Below, one piece after another: positions 17,742 through 28,457 of a stretch of 64,000 nt of DNA. Origin of the DNA: Candidatus Wolfebacteria bacterium (lineage in GTDB: Bacteria > Patescibacteriota > Minisyncoccia > UBA6257 > UBA9933); NCBI GenBank assembly GCA_024654025.1, contig JANLIR010000003.1, positions 1,658 through 65,657 on the forward strand, written 5' to 3'. Every line of letters begins with the position of its first letter. Within the stretch, counting starts at the first letter, position 1. The position numbers and the translations under genes are program-made. The notes under the pieces are model-generated. The model searched no databases, was not told the DNA's origin, and saw only the letters and a program-made list of their open reading frames with translations.

Positions 17742-18530
17742 TTAGTTAGTGTTTTCTAATTTGTCAACGATTTTTTGCAATTCCTTGGGCAGACCAGCTT
17801 CTATTTTAATTCGACGGTTTTCTGAAAGATTGAATTCAAGAGATTTTGCGTGAAGAAATTGTCTATTTAATTTGAAGGGGACTCCCTTGGACAAGTCGTT
17901 CGACCCTGAGGGTCTCAGACCCGATGGGCTCAGGACGGGTTTTTTAGGACCATACAGAGAGTCGCCTACAATTGGATGGCCGATGGAAGCGAGGTGTACT
18001 CTGATTTGGTGCGTTCTGCCTGTTTTTGGTATAACTTTCAGCAGGCTGAAAGTAGTGGATTTATGCGAATGAATAACGGATTTATACGGATCAAAAAATT
18101 TCAATACTTCGTATTCTGTAATGGCTGGTTTTTCCATTTTCCCTTTAAAAACCGTTCTTTTGGTGGTGCCGGGTTTTAGGCTGATTGGTTTTTCTATAAC
18201 CCCTTTTTTGTTTTTAACTTCGCCCCAAACTAAAGCTAAATACGTTTTTTTGATTTTGCGTTCCTGAAATAATTTTTTTAGATATTCAAAGTATTTTTGG
18301 TTTCTAGGAACGATAATTATTCCGGAGGTGTCTTTATCAAGCCGATGGACTATGCCCGGCCGATTTTTGGGATCGTCGCCGACATTTTTTATTTCCGGGT
18401 ATTTTTTAACCAGCCAATCGGAGAGAGTTTTCTCAGTGCTGGTTGCGGTTGGGTGAACAAGCAGCCCCGCCGGCTTGTTGATGGCGATTAGATTTTTGTC
18501 TTGGTAGAGAATTTCAATTTTTTCGTTCAT
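17742..18530 (-). CDS. RluA-family 23S rRNA/tRNA pseudouridine synthase
   Basis: LIAINKPAGLLVHP, HRLDKDTSGIIIV catalytic Asp motif. Confidence 0.8.
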   Translation of the reverse strand: MNEKIEILYQDKNLIAINKPAGLLVHPTATSTEKTLSDWLVKKYPEIKNVGDDPKNRPGIVHRLDKDTSGIIIVPRNQKYFEYLKKLFQERKIKKTYLALVWGEVKNKKGVIEKPISLKPGTTKRTVFKGKMEKPAITEYEVLKFFDPYKSVIHSHKSTTFSLLKVIPKTGRTHQIRVHLASIGHPIVGDSLYGPKKPVLSPSGLRPSGSNDLSKGVPFKLNRQFLHAKSLEFNLSENRRIKIEAGLPKELQKIVDKLENTN

Positions 18531-18556
18531 GTTTTTGCGTATGATATAAATATAGC

Positions 18557-18590
18557 AAAAATCCGCCTAATTTTAATTGGGCGGATTTTT
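18557..18590. terminator. Bidirectional intrinsic terminator downstream of the tRNA-Ile/tRNA-Val pair
   Basis: aaaaatccgcc - 12 nt loop - ggcggattttt. Confidence 0.7.
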
Positions 18591-18592
18591 TG

Positions 18593-18664
18593 TGGGCGTT
18601 AGAGGGATCGGACCTCTGACCTTTTCGATGTCAACGAAACGCTCTACCACTGAGCTAAACGCCC
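18593..18664 (-). tRNA. tRNA-Val (anticodon GAC)
   Basis: gggcgtttagctcagtggtagagcg...ttGACat...ggtccgatccctctaacgccca; CCA not encoded. Confidence 0.8.
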
Positions 18665-18667
18665 TTC

Positions 18668-18742
18668 TGGTGCGTGTGGAAGGAATCGAACCTTCGACCT
18701 CTGTCTTATCAGGACAGCGTTCTACCACTGAACTACACACGC
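18668..18742 (-). tRNA. tRNA-Ile (anticodon GAU)
   Basis: gcgtgtgtagttcagtggtagaacg...ctGATaa...ggttcgattccttccacacgcacca; CCA encoded. Confidence 0.8.
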
Positions 18743-18791
18743 ATAAAATAAAAAACGGTATTTAAAAATATACACGTTTTTTTAAAATTGT

Positions 18792-18989
18792 CTATTCTTT
18801 TATAATCCCGATATTTTTGAGTTTTTCAAAATTAAATCTTGCAACCGGAGAGGCTAAATTGTTTTGGCCTTCTATACTTTGAAAAATATTTTTGGCAAAG
18901 GTGATGGTAAAAAAGATTACGATAAGAAGCGCTGTTAGGATTAAAACGCCGGCGATTGTAAAAATAATTTCCCGTTTTTTTGAGTTCAT
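18792..18989 (-). CDS. Small membrane protein, hypothetical
   Basis: 65 aa with one central TM helix. Confidence 0.4.
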   Translation of the reverse strand: MNSKKREIIFTIAGVLILTALLIVIFFTITFAKNIFQSIEGQNNLASPVARFNFEKLKNIGIIKE

Positions 18990-18996
18990 CGTTATG

Positions 18997-19524
18997 TTAA
19001 AAAGAAAATATTTGTCCGTTTAAATTTCCATTGAAAGCGCGGCTGTTTTCAAAATTTAAATCCATTGATGTTAGTTGGACGGCGTATTTGCTGTTTTCAA
19101 TAGCTTTTAAAAAGTTGGCGATACTTAAAAATCCTCCCGAAGCGCTATTTAAGGACAGGACCATAGAGGTTCTGCGAGCCTTATTTTCAAGGGAGGGAGT
19201 TTCTTCGCGAAATTCCAAATTTAAGTTTATGCCGTTTGTTTGCGCCAATGCAATCAATTCTTTTTTGGAATTTATTAATTGCTCTTTTGTTATCAGCGCT
19301 GAGTCGAGCTCCGCGGAATAAGAAGCGGCTTTTTGTGATTCGGATTGTAAAATCGTCAATAATTCCAAGCCACGATTTTTTCTTGAGATCTCCAATTTTG
19401 CCTGGCTAATTTGCTGGGCTTTTTTGCTTGAATCGCTGGCCAACAATATTACCGTTACTAGAACGATTAAAATAAGCCCTAAAATAGCCGAAATTGTAAT
19501 TATCAAATATTTCCGAAAATTCAT
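18997..19524 (-). CDS. Membrane-anchored coiled-coil protein, hypothetical (start taken at MNFRKYL, not the longer ORF)
   Basis: the longer ORF would overlap dprA; an internal Met followed by a TM helix is more plausible. Confidence 0.45.
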   Translation of the reverse strand: MNFRKYLIITISAILGLILIVLVTVILLASDSSKKAQQISQAKLEISRKNRGLELLTILQSESQKAASYSAELDSALITKEQLINSKKELIALAQTNGINLNLEFREETPSLENKARRTSMVLSLNSASGGFLSIANFLKAIENSKYAVQLTSMDLNFENSRAFNGNLNGQIFSF

Positions 19525-19547
19525 TTTATATACTAATATATTATCAA

Positions 19548-20420
19548 ATGGCGCCGTTAAAAACAATTTATTCTCATGATGAAAATTTTCCCGCGCTTTT
19601 AAACCAAATTTCAAATGTACCGGAAAAAATTTTTGTTTTGGGAGATGAGGCAGTTTTGAATGAAAAGTTAAAGATCGCGATAGTGGGGACGAGGAAGGCG
19701 TCTTTGGCGGGCAGGAATTTAGCAAGAAAATTCGCTAAAGAATTGACTCAGTTTGGAATAACCGTAGTTAGTGGTCTGGCTATGGGAATAGACTCTGCCG
19801 CTCACGAAGGAACAGTTCAAAATGCCGGTAAAACAATAGCGGTTTTAGCCAATGGTTTGGATAAAATTTATCCGGCTCAGAACGAAAATTTGGCCAATGA
19901 AATTTTAAAAAATGGCGGCGCTCTAATTTCAGAATATGCTCCGGGTTTGCCTTCTTTACCGCACCAGTTTTTGGAAAGAAACAGAATTATCAGCGGTTTG
20001 TGCGTGGCTACAATAATTATTGAGGCGCCCGATAGGTCGGGATCTTTGGCAACGGCCCGTTTTGCGGCAGAGCAGGGAAGGGAAGTTTTTGTCGTGCCGG
20101 GACCGATAAACGACGTTAATTATATCGGTTCTCATAAATTAATTAGAGACGGCGCCAGATTAGCGTCTTCGATAAAAGATATTTTTGAAGATTTGGATAT
20201 TGAGATAGTCGGAAATGAAAATAAAAAAGAAAGAATTTTTAATATTGATGATCCTGAAAAAAAGCAGATTGTGGATATTTTAATTGAAGCCGGCGAGCCT
20301 CTTTCGATTGACAAAATTGCGAATCTCACTAAACTTGAGCCTCAAGTGATTAACCCAAAAATTGCATTTTTGGTGATTGAGGGAATAATTAAAGAAACAG
20401 AGAAGGGATACACTCTGTAA
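19548..20420 (+). CDS. dprA: DNA processing protein DprA (Smf)
   Basis: IAIVGTRKAS..GITVVSGLAMGIDSAAHEG Rossmann-like DprA core plus C-terminal winged helix. Confidence 0.85.
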   Translation: MAPLKTIYSHDENFPALLNQISNVPEKIFVLGDEAVLNEKLKIAIVGTRKASLAGRNLARKFAKELTQFGITVVSGLAMGIDSAAHEGTVQNAGKTIAVLANGLDKIYPAQNENLANEILKNGGALISEYAPGLPSLPHQFLERNRIISGLCVATIIIEAPDRSGSLATARFAAEQGREVFVVPGPINDVNYIGSHKLIRDGARLASSIKDIFEDLDIEIVGNENKKERIFNIDDPEKKQIVDILIEAGEPLSIDKIANLTKLEPQVINPKIAFLVIEGIIKETEKGYTL

Positions 20421-20505
20421 GAAAATTCTAAGCACTAAACTCTAAATTCTAAATAAATTCAAAACGTTTAGGATTTCGATATTAGAATTTAGGATTTTAA
20501 AATGT

Positions 20506-22716
20506 ATGGATTTAATAATAGTTGAGTCGCCGGCAAAGGCGAAAACAATTTCAAAATATCTTGAAGGTAAATACGAAGTTAAGGCAAGCGTGGGGCATAT
20601 CCGCGATCTTCCCAAAAGCAACAAAAGCGCCATAGACATAGAAGGAGGTTTTATTCCTTATTATGTGGTGCCGAAAGAAAAAGAAAAAGTTGTCGGAGAG
20701 TTGCGGGCATTGGTAAAAAAAGCCGATAAAGTTTATTTAGCGACTGACCCTGATCGCGAGGGTGAGGCGATTGCGTGGCATATTAAAGAAGCGATTGGAT
20801 TAAAAAAGCCTAAAAGGGTTGTTTTTTATGAAATCACTAAGGATGCCGTTAAAGAAGCGATGGAGCACCCCCGGGCCATAGATGATGATTTAAGGCGAGC
20901 GCAAGAAGCGCGGCGAGTTTTAGACCGTTTGGTCGGATATGATTTATCCGGGTTGATTTGGAAAAAGGTGCGTTACGGGCTTTCAGCTGGCAGAGTCCAG
21001 TCGCCGGCGCTTAGAATAATAATGGAGCGCGAACGGGAGATAAGAGCGTTTATTTCGGAAAAATTCTGGGTTATCCAGGCGGAGGTCAAAAATAAAAATA
21101 ATGAAGTATTTATTTTGACTTGCGTTGAAGAGCCGCGAGAGCAAAAATTAGTTGAGAAGATAATAGAAATTGGCAAAAAAGGAATTTGGAAAGTTAAAGA
21201 CACTTCGGAAACAGAAGTGAAGCGATCTCCAAAGGCGCCGTTTATCACTTCAACCTTACAACAAGCGGCGAGTTCGCGTTTGGGGTTTTCTCCGTCTCGA
21301 ACAATGGGCATTGCCCAAAAACTTTACGAAGCGGGAATGATTACTTATATGAGAACCGACAGCACGAATTTAAGCAAGGTCGCGCTTGGCCAGGCTTATG
21401 CTGTTATAGAAAAAAAATATGGAAAAGATTATTTATCCCCGAGGACTTACGCGGGAAAAGTGATGCACGCGCAAGAAGCTCACGAAGCCATAAGACCCAC
21501 GAATTTTTCCAATGAACGAGCCGGGACAAGCGATGACCAGAAAAAACTTTATAAATTAATTTGGCAGAGAACAATCGCTTCGCAAATGTCCGATGCGAAG
21601 CTGATGAGAACAAAGATAGTAGCGGAAGTTGAAAACGAAAAAGAAAAAACAGGGGAAAAAACAGGAGAAAAAATAAGAATTCCGGATTTTGCGATCAGCG
21701 GATCAAGAACTATTTTCCCCGGTTGGCTCAGAGCTGATACGGAGGCGAACGGAGAAGATGTTGAATTGCCGAAAGTTTCCGTTGGAGAAATTTTAAAACT
21801 TATTGATTTAACATCCCAAGAAAAAGAGACTCAGCCGCCCGCGCGTTACACCGAAGCCGGCCTTGTAAAAGAATTAGAAAAACGCGGCATAGGCAGGCCG
21901 TCTACTTACGCGTCTATAATACGAACAATTGAAGAGCGCGGTTATGTTGAAAAAACAAATAAAACTTTATATCCAACCGACACGGGCGACGTGGTCAGCT
22001 CTTTTTTGGAAAAGTATTTTTCCCAATATATTAGCGATTCGTTTACTTCTGATATGGAAAGCAAGCTTGATTTGATAGCTGAAGGAAAAGAAGAATACAA
22101 AAAAACACTAGCCGATTTTTACAAGCCGTTTTCTAAAGACGTTAAGTCAAAAGAGAAGATTGAAAAAATAACTAATTTAGGAGAAGCGAGCCCGGAATTA
22201 AAATGCCCTGTTTGCAAAGGGCCGATGATAATAAAACTTGGAAGAGCGGGTAAATTTTTAAGTTGCGCAAAATTTCCCAAATGCGAAGGGTCGAGAACTA
22301 TTGATGGGAAAGTTATGGAAGCGCCGAAAGAAACAGGGGAGATATGCCCGGTTTGCGGAGAGTCCAAAGGCGGAAAGCTGGTTGAAAGAGAGGGCAAACA
22401 CGGAAAATTTATTTCCTGCAACCGGTTTCCCAAATGCAAATATATTAAAAAAGATTTAGAGTTGGAAAAGCAGAATTCCACGGGCATAGAATGTCCGGTG
22501 TGCAAGAAGGGTTTTATGACTGAAAGAAGAGGGAGGTTTGGAATTTTTTACAGCTGTTCCAATTACCCGGAATGCAAATACGCTATTAAGGCAAGGCCAA
22601 CAGGCGATATTTGCAAAATCTGCGGAGCCTTGATGATGCAGGGGACTAAAACAATTCCTGTTCGTTGTAGCGACAAAAACTGCCCCAATCACAACCCGCA
22701 TAAAATCAATAAGTAA
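20506..22716 (+). CDS. topA: DNA topoisomerase I with four C-terminal zinc ribbons
   Basis: TOPRIM MDLIIVESPAKAKTI, active-site Tyr region, four CxxC...CxxC modules at the C-terminus. Confidence 0.9.
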   Translation: MDLIIVESPAKAKTISKYLEGKYEVKASVGHIRDLPKSNKSAIDIEGGFIPYYVVPKEKEKVVGELRALVKKADKVYLATDPDREGEAIAWHIKEAIGLKKPKRVVFYEITKDAVKEAMEHPRAIDDDLRRAQEARRVLDRLVGYDLSGLIWKKVRYGLSAGRVQSPALRIIMEREREIRAFISEKFWVIQAEVKNKNNEVFILTCVEEPREQKLVEKIIEIGKKGIWKVKDTSETEVKRSPKAPFITSTLQQAASSRLGFSPSRTMGIAQKLYEAGMITYMRTDSTNLSKVALGQAYAVIEKKYGKDYLSPRTYAGKVMHAQEAHEAIRPTNFSNERAGTSDDQKKLYKLIWQRTIASQMSDAKLMRTKIVAEVENEKEKTGEKTGEKIRIPDFAISGSRTIFPGWLRADTEANGEDVELPKVSVGEILKLIDLTSQEKETQPPARYTEAGLVKELEKRGIGRPSTYASIIRTIEERGYVEKTNKTLYPTDTGDVVSSFLEKYFSQYISDSFTSDMESKLDLIAEGKEEYKKTLADFYKPFSKDVKSKEKIEKITNLGEASPELKCPVCKGPMIIKLGRAGKFLSCAKFPKCEGSRTIDGKVMEAPKETGEICPVCGESKGGKLVEREGKHGKFISCNRFPKCKYIKKDLELEKQNSTGIECPVCKKGFMTERRGRFGIFYSCSNYPECKYAIKARPTGDICKICGALMMQGTKTIPVRCSDKNCPNHNPHKINK

Positions 22717-22791
22717 AAAATATGACGTTATTTCTTGACAACTTTAATGGTTTTCTGATATGTTTTTAAGGTTCTCTAAATTTAAAAAAGT

Positions 22792-23202
22792 ATGCCGACT
22801 ATTGGGCAGTTAATTAAAAAAGGGAGAAAGCCGATTGCGAAAAAATCAAAATCCCCGGCAATGGGGCTTTATTTTAATACAATTAAAAACAGGCCGGTGA
22901 ATTCTTCTTCGCCGTTTAAAAGAGGGGTTTGTTTGAAGGTTTTTACAACCACTCCAAAAAAACCGAATTCGGCGCTTCGAAAAGTGGCGAGAGTCAGATT
23001 GACTAACGGACAGGAAGTCACGGCGTATATTCCCGGTGAAGGCCATAATCTTCAGGAGCACTCGGTTGTTTTGATAAGAGGCGGAAGAGTGAAGGATTTG
23101 CCCGGAGTTAGGTATCATATTATAAGAGGTATTTTGGATACGACTGGAGTTGAAAATAGAAAACAACAGAGGTCAAAATACGGCGCGAAAAGACCCAAAT
23201 AA
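22792..23202 (+). CDS. rpsL: 30S ribosomal protein S12
   Basis: [12 protein letters not shown]...[19 protein letters not shown]. Confidence 0.95.
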   Translation: MPTIGQLIKKGRKPIAKKSKSPAMGLYFNTIKNRPVNSSSPFKRGVCLKVFTTTPKKPNSALRKVARVRLTNGQEVTAYIPGEGHNLQEHSVVLIRGGRVKDLPGVRYHIIRGILDTTGVENRKQQRSKYGAKRPK

Positions 23203-23209
23203 ATAAAAC

Positions 23210-23674
23210 ATGCGTAAACCGAGAAAATATAAAAGAGTTCATAAATCAGATATTAAATTCGACTCAGTCGCGGTCGGCAGATTTGTTAATTATTTAATGA
23301 AGGGCGGAGAAAAATCAGTTGCGGAAAAAGTGTTGTATAAAACATTTAAAAATATTAAAGAAGAAACAAAGGAAGATCCGATTAATGTTTTTGAAAAAGC
23401 CCTTGATAATGTTTCGCCGATGCTTGAGGTGGTTTCTAAGCGAGTTGGCGGTGCCAATTATCAGGTGCCGCGCGAGGTAAGGCCGGAAAGAAAGTTTTTT
23501 TTGGCGTGCCATTGGATTATTGACGCGGCTCGCGCGAAAAAAGGAAAACCAATGGATAAAAAATTAGCCGAAGAACTTATTTTGGCGGCGAAAAACGAAG
23601 GTTCGGCTATTAAGAAAAAGCAAAATGTCCACAGAATGGCGGAAGCTAACAGAGCCTTCGCGCACTTCGCTTAA
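23210..23674 (+). CDS. rpsG: 30S ribosomal protein S7
   Basis: S7 family; gene order S12-S7-EF-G. Confidence 0.9.
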   Translation: MRKPRKYKRVHKSDIKFDSVAVGRFVNYLMKGGEKSVAEKVLYKTFKNIKEETKEDPINVFEKALDNVSPMLEVVSKRVGGANYQVPREVRPERKFFLACHWIIDAARAKKGKPMDKKLAEELILAAKNEGSAIKKKQNVHRMAEANRAFAHFA

Positions 23675-23679
23675 TTTAA

Positions 23680-25824
23680 ATGAGACAATACCCTCCTGAA
23701 AAATATCGAAATATCGGTATTATCGCGCACATCGATGCCGGTAAAACAACCATAAGCGAGCGGGTTCTTTTTTATACCGGAATTTCCCATAAGATCGGGG
23801 AAGTTCATGAAGGAGAAGCGGTGATGGACTGGATGGAGCAGGAAAGAGAAAGGGGAATTACTATAACCGCGGCGGCGACAAATTGTTTTTGGACGCCGGT
23901 TCGATTGCTTTCAAGAGCTAGCGATGAAAACGAACAACAGAAAATAAGAAGCGAAAAAGAACACCGGATAAACGTTATTGACACTCCCGGACACGTTGAT
24001 TTTACCGTTGAAGTGGAAAGATCTTTAAGGGTTTTAGACGGCGGAGTTGTGGTTTTTGACGGCGTTGCCGGCGTTGAACCGCAGTCGGAAACGGTCTGGC
24101 ACCAAGCGGATAAATATAAAGTGCCGAGAATGTGTTTTATAAATAAGCTGGACAGGATGGGAGCGAGTTTTGAAAATTCTTTCAAGTCAATTTATGAAAA
24201 ATTGACGCCCAGCGCGGTGGTAATACAATTGCCAATAGGTTTGGAGGCTAATTTTGAAGGAGTTATTGATTTGATAGAAAGGAAGGCTTATTACTTCGAA
24301 GGCGAGCGCGGAGAAAAAGTTTTAGAAAAAGAAATTCCTGAAAATTTAAAAGCGGACACGGAAAAATATCGGGCTAAATTGGTTGAAAAAATCTCCGAAT
24401 ACAATGAAGAGTTGCTTTCAAAATATTTAAATGGAGAAGAAATTTCCATCGATGAATTAAGACTCGGCTTAAGAAGCGCGACTTTAAAAAATCAACTGGT
24501 TCCGGTTCTATGCGGTTCGGCTTTGAAAAATAAAGGCGTGCAGCTTCTTTTGGACGCAGTTTTGGATTATTTGCCGTCGCCTAAGGATCTTATTGAACTC
24601 AAACCGATAAAGGGAATAGATCCGAAAACCGGCGCGGAAATAATTAGAAATCCGAGCGATGACGAACCTCTTACCGCTCTGGCTTTTAAAATCGCCACCG
24701 ACCCTTTTGTGGGAAGCCTAACTTATTTTCGAGTTTACAGCGGAGTGCTTAAAAAAGGAACTTATGTTTTGAACTCTTCAAAAAATGATCAGGAACGGAT
24801 AGGAAGAATAGTGCGAATGCACGCTAACAAGCGCGAGGAAGTTGATGAAATGTACGCCGGCGATTTGGGAGCGATAGTCGGTTTGAAAAACACGTCTACC
24901 GGAGATACTCTTTGTGATCCGGATTCGCCGATTGTTTTGGATAAAATCACTTTTCCGGAACCGGTTATCTCGGTTCGTATTGAGCCGAAAACAAAAGCTG
25001 ACCAGGAAAAAATGGGTATTGCTCTCAGAAAATTATCCGATGAAGACCCGACATTTCGAGTCAGCGGCGATATGGAAACAGGGGAAACTATTATTTCCGG
25101 AATGGGCGAGCTTCATTTGGATGTTTTAGTTGACAGAATGAAAAGAGAATTTGGAGTTGAGGCCAACGTGGGAAGGCCGCAAGTCGCCTATAAAGAAACT
25201 ATCAAAGGAGAGGCCCAAGCGGAAGGAAAGTATATCCGCCAATCCGGCGGACGCGGCCAGTACGGCCATGTTTGGCTCAAAGCGAAAAGTTTGGAAAGAG
25301 GCAAGGGATTTGTTTTTGTTAATCAAATCAAAGGAGGCGTTATTCCGCAGGAATTTATTCCGGCGGTTGAAAAAGGAGTCAAAGAAGCGCTGGATAAAGG
25401 AGTGGTCGCGGGCTATACATTGACGGATATAGAAGTTACGCTTTATGATGGTTCATATCACGATGTTGATTCTTCGGAAATCGCGTTTAAAATAGCCGCT
25501 TCTATGGCGCTTTCGGAAGCGGCCAGAAGGGCAAAGGCGGTTTTACTTGAGCCGATAATGAAGGTTCAGGTTGTAGTTCCTCCGGAATTTTTCGGAGACG
25601 CCAGCGGAGATTTAAATTCAAGGCGGGGCAAAATCGAAAATATGAGCGACCGGGCCAATATGAAAATCATTGACTCGAAAGTTCCTTTGGCGGAAATGTT
25701 CGGTTATGCCACAAAATTAAGGTCAATAACCCAAGGCAGAGGAAGTTTTCCTCCTATGGAATTAAGCCATTACGAGGAAGTGCCAAACAATATAACGCAA
25801 CAGATAATAGAAGGGAAGAAATAA
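23680..25824 (+). CDS. fusA: Elongation factor G (with about 14 extra residues in the G domain before the DTPGH motif)
   Basis: [22 protein letters not shown]; domains II-V present. Confidence 0.9.
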   Translation: MRQYPPEKYRNIGIIAHIDAGKTTISERVLFYTGISHKIGEVHEGEAVMDWMEQERERGITITAAATNCFWTPVRLLSRASDENEQQKIRSEKEHRINVIDTPGHVDFTVEVERSLRVLDGGVVVFDGVAGVEPQSETVWHQADKYKVPRMCFINKLDRMGASFENSFKSIYEKLTPSAVVIQLPIGLEANFEGVIDLIERKAYYFEGERGEKVLEKEIPENLKADTEKYRAKLVEKISEYNEELLSKYLNGEEISIDELRLGLRSATLKNQLVPVLCGSALKNKGVQLLLDAVLDYLPSPKDLIELKPIKGIDPKTGAEIIRNPSDDEPLTALAFKIATDPFVGSLTYFRVYSGVLKKGTYVLNSSKNDQERIGRIVRMHANKREEVDEMYAGDLGAIVGLKNTSTGDTLCDPDSPIVLDKITFPEPVISVRIEPKTKADQEKMGIALRKLSDEDPTFRVSGDMETGETIISGMGELHLDVLVDRMKREFGVEANVGRPQVAYKETIKGEAQAEGKYIRQSGGRGQYGHVWLKAKSLERGKGFVFVNQIKGGVIPQEFIPAVEKGVKEALDKGVVAGYTLTDIEVTLYDGSYHDVDSSEIAFKIAASMALSEAARRAKAVLLEPIMKVQVVVPPEFFGDASGDLNSRRGKIENMSDRANMKIIDSKVPLAEMFGYATKLRSITQGRGSFPPMELSHYEEVPNNITQQIIEGKK

Positions 25825-25825
25825 T

Positions 25826-26170
25826 ATGGATTACACAATTGACGCCGCAAAAAAAAGATTAGGAAGATTGGCAAGTGAAATTGCCGTAATTTTGCAAGGA
25901 AAGAAAAGCGCGAATTATAATCCGAGGCTTCCGGGCGAAGACAACGTTATAATCAAAAATATCGATAAGCTTGAAGTTAGCGGAAAAAAAGAAAAGCAGA
26001 AAATTTACTTCCGCCATACCGGATATATGGGACATTTGAAAGAAGAAAAATTTTTAGACGTGGTCAATAAAAAAGGCAAAGGCGAGGTTTTGAGAAGGGC
26101 GGTTATGAGAATGCTTCCTAAAAACCGTCTGCAGATAAAAAGGATAAAAAGACTGGTAATAGAGAAATAA
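25826..26170 (+). CDS. rplM: 50S ribosomal protein L13
   Basis: LGRLASEIAVILQGK...YFRHTGYMGHLKE L13 signature. Confidence 0.85.
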   Translation: MDYTIDAAKKRLGRLASEIAVILQGKKSANYNPRLPGEDNVIIKNIDKLEVSGKKEKQKIYFRHTGYMGHLKEEKFLDVVNKKGKGEVLRRAVMRMLPKNRLQIKRIKRLVIEK

Positions 26171-26180
26171 TTTTAAATTT

Positions 26181-26645
26181 TTGAGCATGACTTTAAAAGA
26201 GACAACTAAAAAAGAAATTAAACACGAAAAAAATGAGAAAGCGCCGGTCGTCAAAAAGGAGCGTTATTTTGAAGCGGTTGGTCGAAGAAAAACGGCCATT
26301 GCCAGGGTTCGGCTTTTAACCAAAAAGAAAGAATTTATAGTCAACGAGAAAAATATCGACAAATATTTTTCTTTAGAGGGGCTTGTGAAAACGGCTCTCA
26401 GGCCTTTGGAAGCGATGAAAATAACCGATAAACTTGGGGCTTCAATAAAAGTTTCCGGCGGAGGAATCAACTCACAAGCGGAAGCGATAAGATTGGGCAT
26501 AAGCAGGGCGCTGGTCAAATTCAATCCTTTATTTATGAAACGGCTTAGAAAATTAGGATTTCTTACCCGCGATTCAAGAGCGGTAGAAAGAAAGAAATAC
26601 GGATTGAAAAAGGCAAGAAGAGCTCCACAGTGGACGAAACGGTAA
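26181..26645 (+). CDS. rpsI: 30S ribosomal protein S9
   Basis: GRRKTAIARVRL...GGGINSQAEAIRLGISRAL...RAPQWTKR. Confidence 0.9.
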   Translation: MSMTLKETTKKEIKHEKNEKAPVVKKERYFEAVGRRKTAIARVRLLTKKKEFIVNEKNIDKYFSLEGLVKTALRPLEAMKITDKLGASIKVSGGGINSQAEAIRLGISRALVKFNPLFMKRLRKLGFLTRDSRAVERKKYGLKKARRAPQWTKR

Positions 26646-26685
26646 GGTAGCAAGTTGTTAATTAGTTATCGCGAAGATTATTCCT

Positions 26686-26717
26686 AAAAAACACCTCGAA
26701 AATTCGGGGTGTTTTTG
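26686..26717 (+). terminator. Rho-independent terminator after rpsI
   Basis: aaaaacacctcgaa-aa-ttcggggtgttttt. Confidence 0.7.
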
Positions 26718-26755
26718 TTTATGGTTGCGTGGTTGGCGTGATATAATTAAAAAAA

Positions 26756-27274
26756 ATGGTTTATCATTCAAAATCTTTAAAAGACACTCAAAAATTTGCC
26801 GCATTACTGGCAAAAGCCCTTCGACCCATTCGACAGGACTTCGATGGTGAGCCCTTCGGTGGTGAGTCGCTCAGGACGGTCGAACCGCTCAGTCGAACCG
26901 CTCATGGTAGGCAAGCTTTAGTAATTGCTCTGAAAGGAAATTTAGGGTCGGGGAAAACTACTTTTACGCAGGGGTTTTTAAGAGGGTTGGGAGTAAAGAA
27001 AAAAATAACCTCGCCCACTTTCGTTATTTTTAAGCGTTACGAGTTAATAGTTAATCGTTACAAGTTTGTTTACCACATCGATTGTTATAGGATTAAAAAA
27101 AGCCAGGAACTTTTGATTTTAGGGATAAAAGAAATTTTTGATAATCCTAAGAACATTGTATTGATAGAATGGCCGGAAAAGATAAAAAATATTTTACCGA
27201 AGGAGAGATTTAATTTGAGATTTGAATACGGAAAAAAAGAAAATGAGCGTAGTATTATGATGTCTGATTATTAA
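26756..27274 (+). CDS. tsaE: tRNA t6A37 biosynthesis ATPase TsaE (with an approx. 30-aa GC-rich in-frame insertion)
   Basis: P-loop GNLGSGKTTFTQG; insertion RPIRQDFDGEPFGGESLRTVEPLSRTAHGRQ encoded by GC-rich DNA containing a 13-bp tandem duplication. Confidence 0.8.
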   Translation: MVYHSKSLKDTQKFAALLAKALRPIRQDFDGEPFGGESLRTVEPLSRTAHGRQALVIALKGNLGSGKTTFTQGFLRGLGVKKKITSPTFVIFKRYELIVNRYKFVYHIDCYRIKKSQELLILGIKEIFDNPKNIVLIEWPEKIKNILPKERFNLRFEYGKKENERSIMMSDY

Positions 27275-27380
27275 ATTTCAAAAAAATGTTATAATTAATT
27301 AATAAAGTGGGCATTAACCATTTAGATTTTTGTAGGTTTTTGCTAGAAATTAGATATTAATAATTAGAAATTCAATTTAT

Positions 27381-28451
27381 ATGTTCAATATTTTCGGTCC
27401 TAAATCGTATTTAGGCGTTGACATAGGAACAACTTCGATAAAAATCGTGGAAATCGCCAAGAGTGATCCGAAACCGCGATTGATTAATTACGGAATTTTG
27501 GAAAGCTCCGGTCATTTGGAAAGAATTAATAACGCCATTCAAACTAGCTCGTTAAAAATTGTCGACAAAGACGTTGCCGAACTTTTAAAAACAATTGTTA
27601 AAAAATCTAATTTCCGAAGCAACGAGGCGGTAGCGTCTATTCCTTCTTTTTCGGTTTTTATAACGCTTTTGGAATTTCCGAAAATGCCGAAGGAAGAAAT
27701 GATAAATGCGATGCCTTATCAGATAAAACAGTACATACCGCTTCCGGTTACCGAAGTGACTTTTGATTGGTTTATTGTTGGAGAAAGGCAAGATAATGAA
27801 GGATTTTTTAAAGAACAGGTTTTGCTTGTTTCGGTTCCTAATGAGGTGATAAATAAATATAAAAATATTTTTAGGCTCGCGGGTTTGAATTTGAAAGCGT
27901 TGGAGGTTGAAAGTATGAGTTTGATAAGGTCTTTGATATCAGGTGATCCGACGGCAACCGTGCTTGTTGATATCGGAGCGCGTTCGACAAACATCGCCAT
28001 TGCTCAAGAGAACTCCTTAAGATTTAATCAGCAAACCGATTTTGCCGGTACTTCATTGACTCAAGCCCTTTCGAGCGGACTGGGCATAAATATTAGAAGG
28101 GCAGAAGAACTTAAAAAAGAAAGGGGACTTTTGGGAACCGGCGATGAATTTGATTTATCCACATTGATGGTGCCTTATCTTGATGCTATAATAAATGAAA
28201 CAAAGCGAACGAAAGATAATTACGAGAAAAAAACCGGCGCTAAAATCGAACGCGTTATTTTAGCGGGACAAGGAGCGAAACTTCTGGGGATAGAAAAATA
28301 TTTTGAGAGCCAAATGGCTTTGCCGACGGCAATAGGAGATCCGCTCATTGGCGTGGATTATTCCCAAGAGTCTACTCCTTTAATCAAAGAATTAGCTCCC
28401 GGGTTCGCGGTTGCGGTTGGTTTAGGAATAAGAGAGTTTAATAAAAAATAA
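27381..28451 (+). CDS. pilM: Type IV pilus assembly ATPase-like protein PilM
   Basis: actin-like fold LGVDIGTTSIKIVE...; followed by pilN/pilO-like genes. Confidence 0.85.
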   Translation: MFNIFGPKSYLGVDIGTTSIKIVEIAKSDPKPRLINYGILESSGHLERINNAIQTSSLKIVDKDVAELLKTIVKKSNFRSNEAVASIPSFSVFITLLEFPKMPKEEMINAMPYQIKQYIPLPVTEVTFDWFIVGERQDNEGFFKEQVLLVSVPNEVINKYKNIFRLAGLNLKALEVESMSLIRSLISGDPTATVLVDIGARSTNIAIAQENSLRFNQQTDFAGTSLTQALSSGLGINIRRAEELKKERGLLGTGDEFDLSTLMVPYLDAIINETKRTKDNYEKKTGAKIERVILAGQGAKLLGIEKYFESQMALPTAIGDPLIGVDYSQESTPLIKELAPGFAVAVGLGIREFNKK

Positions 28452-28457
28452 ATTAGC

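Noticed and set aside
18577-18765. 62-aa plus-strand ORF across tRNA-Val/tRNA-Ile
   Set aside because: It overlaps two clear tRNA genes and is a translation artefact of GC-rich tRNA DNA.
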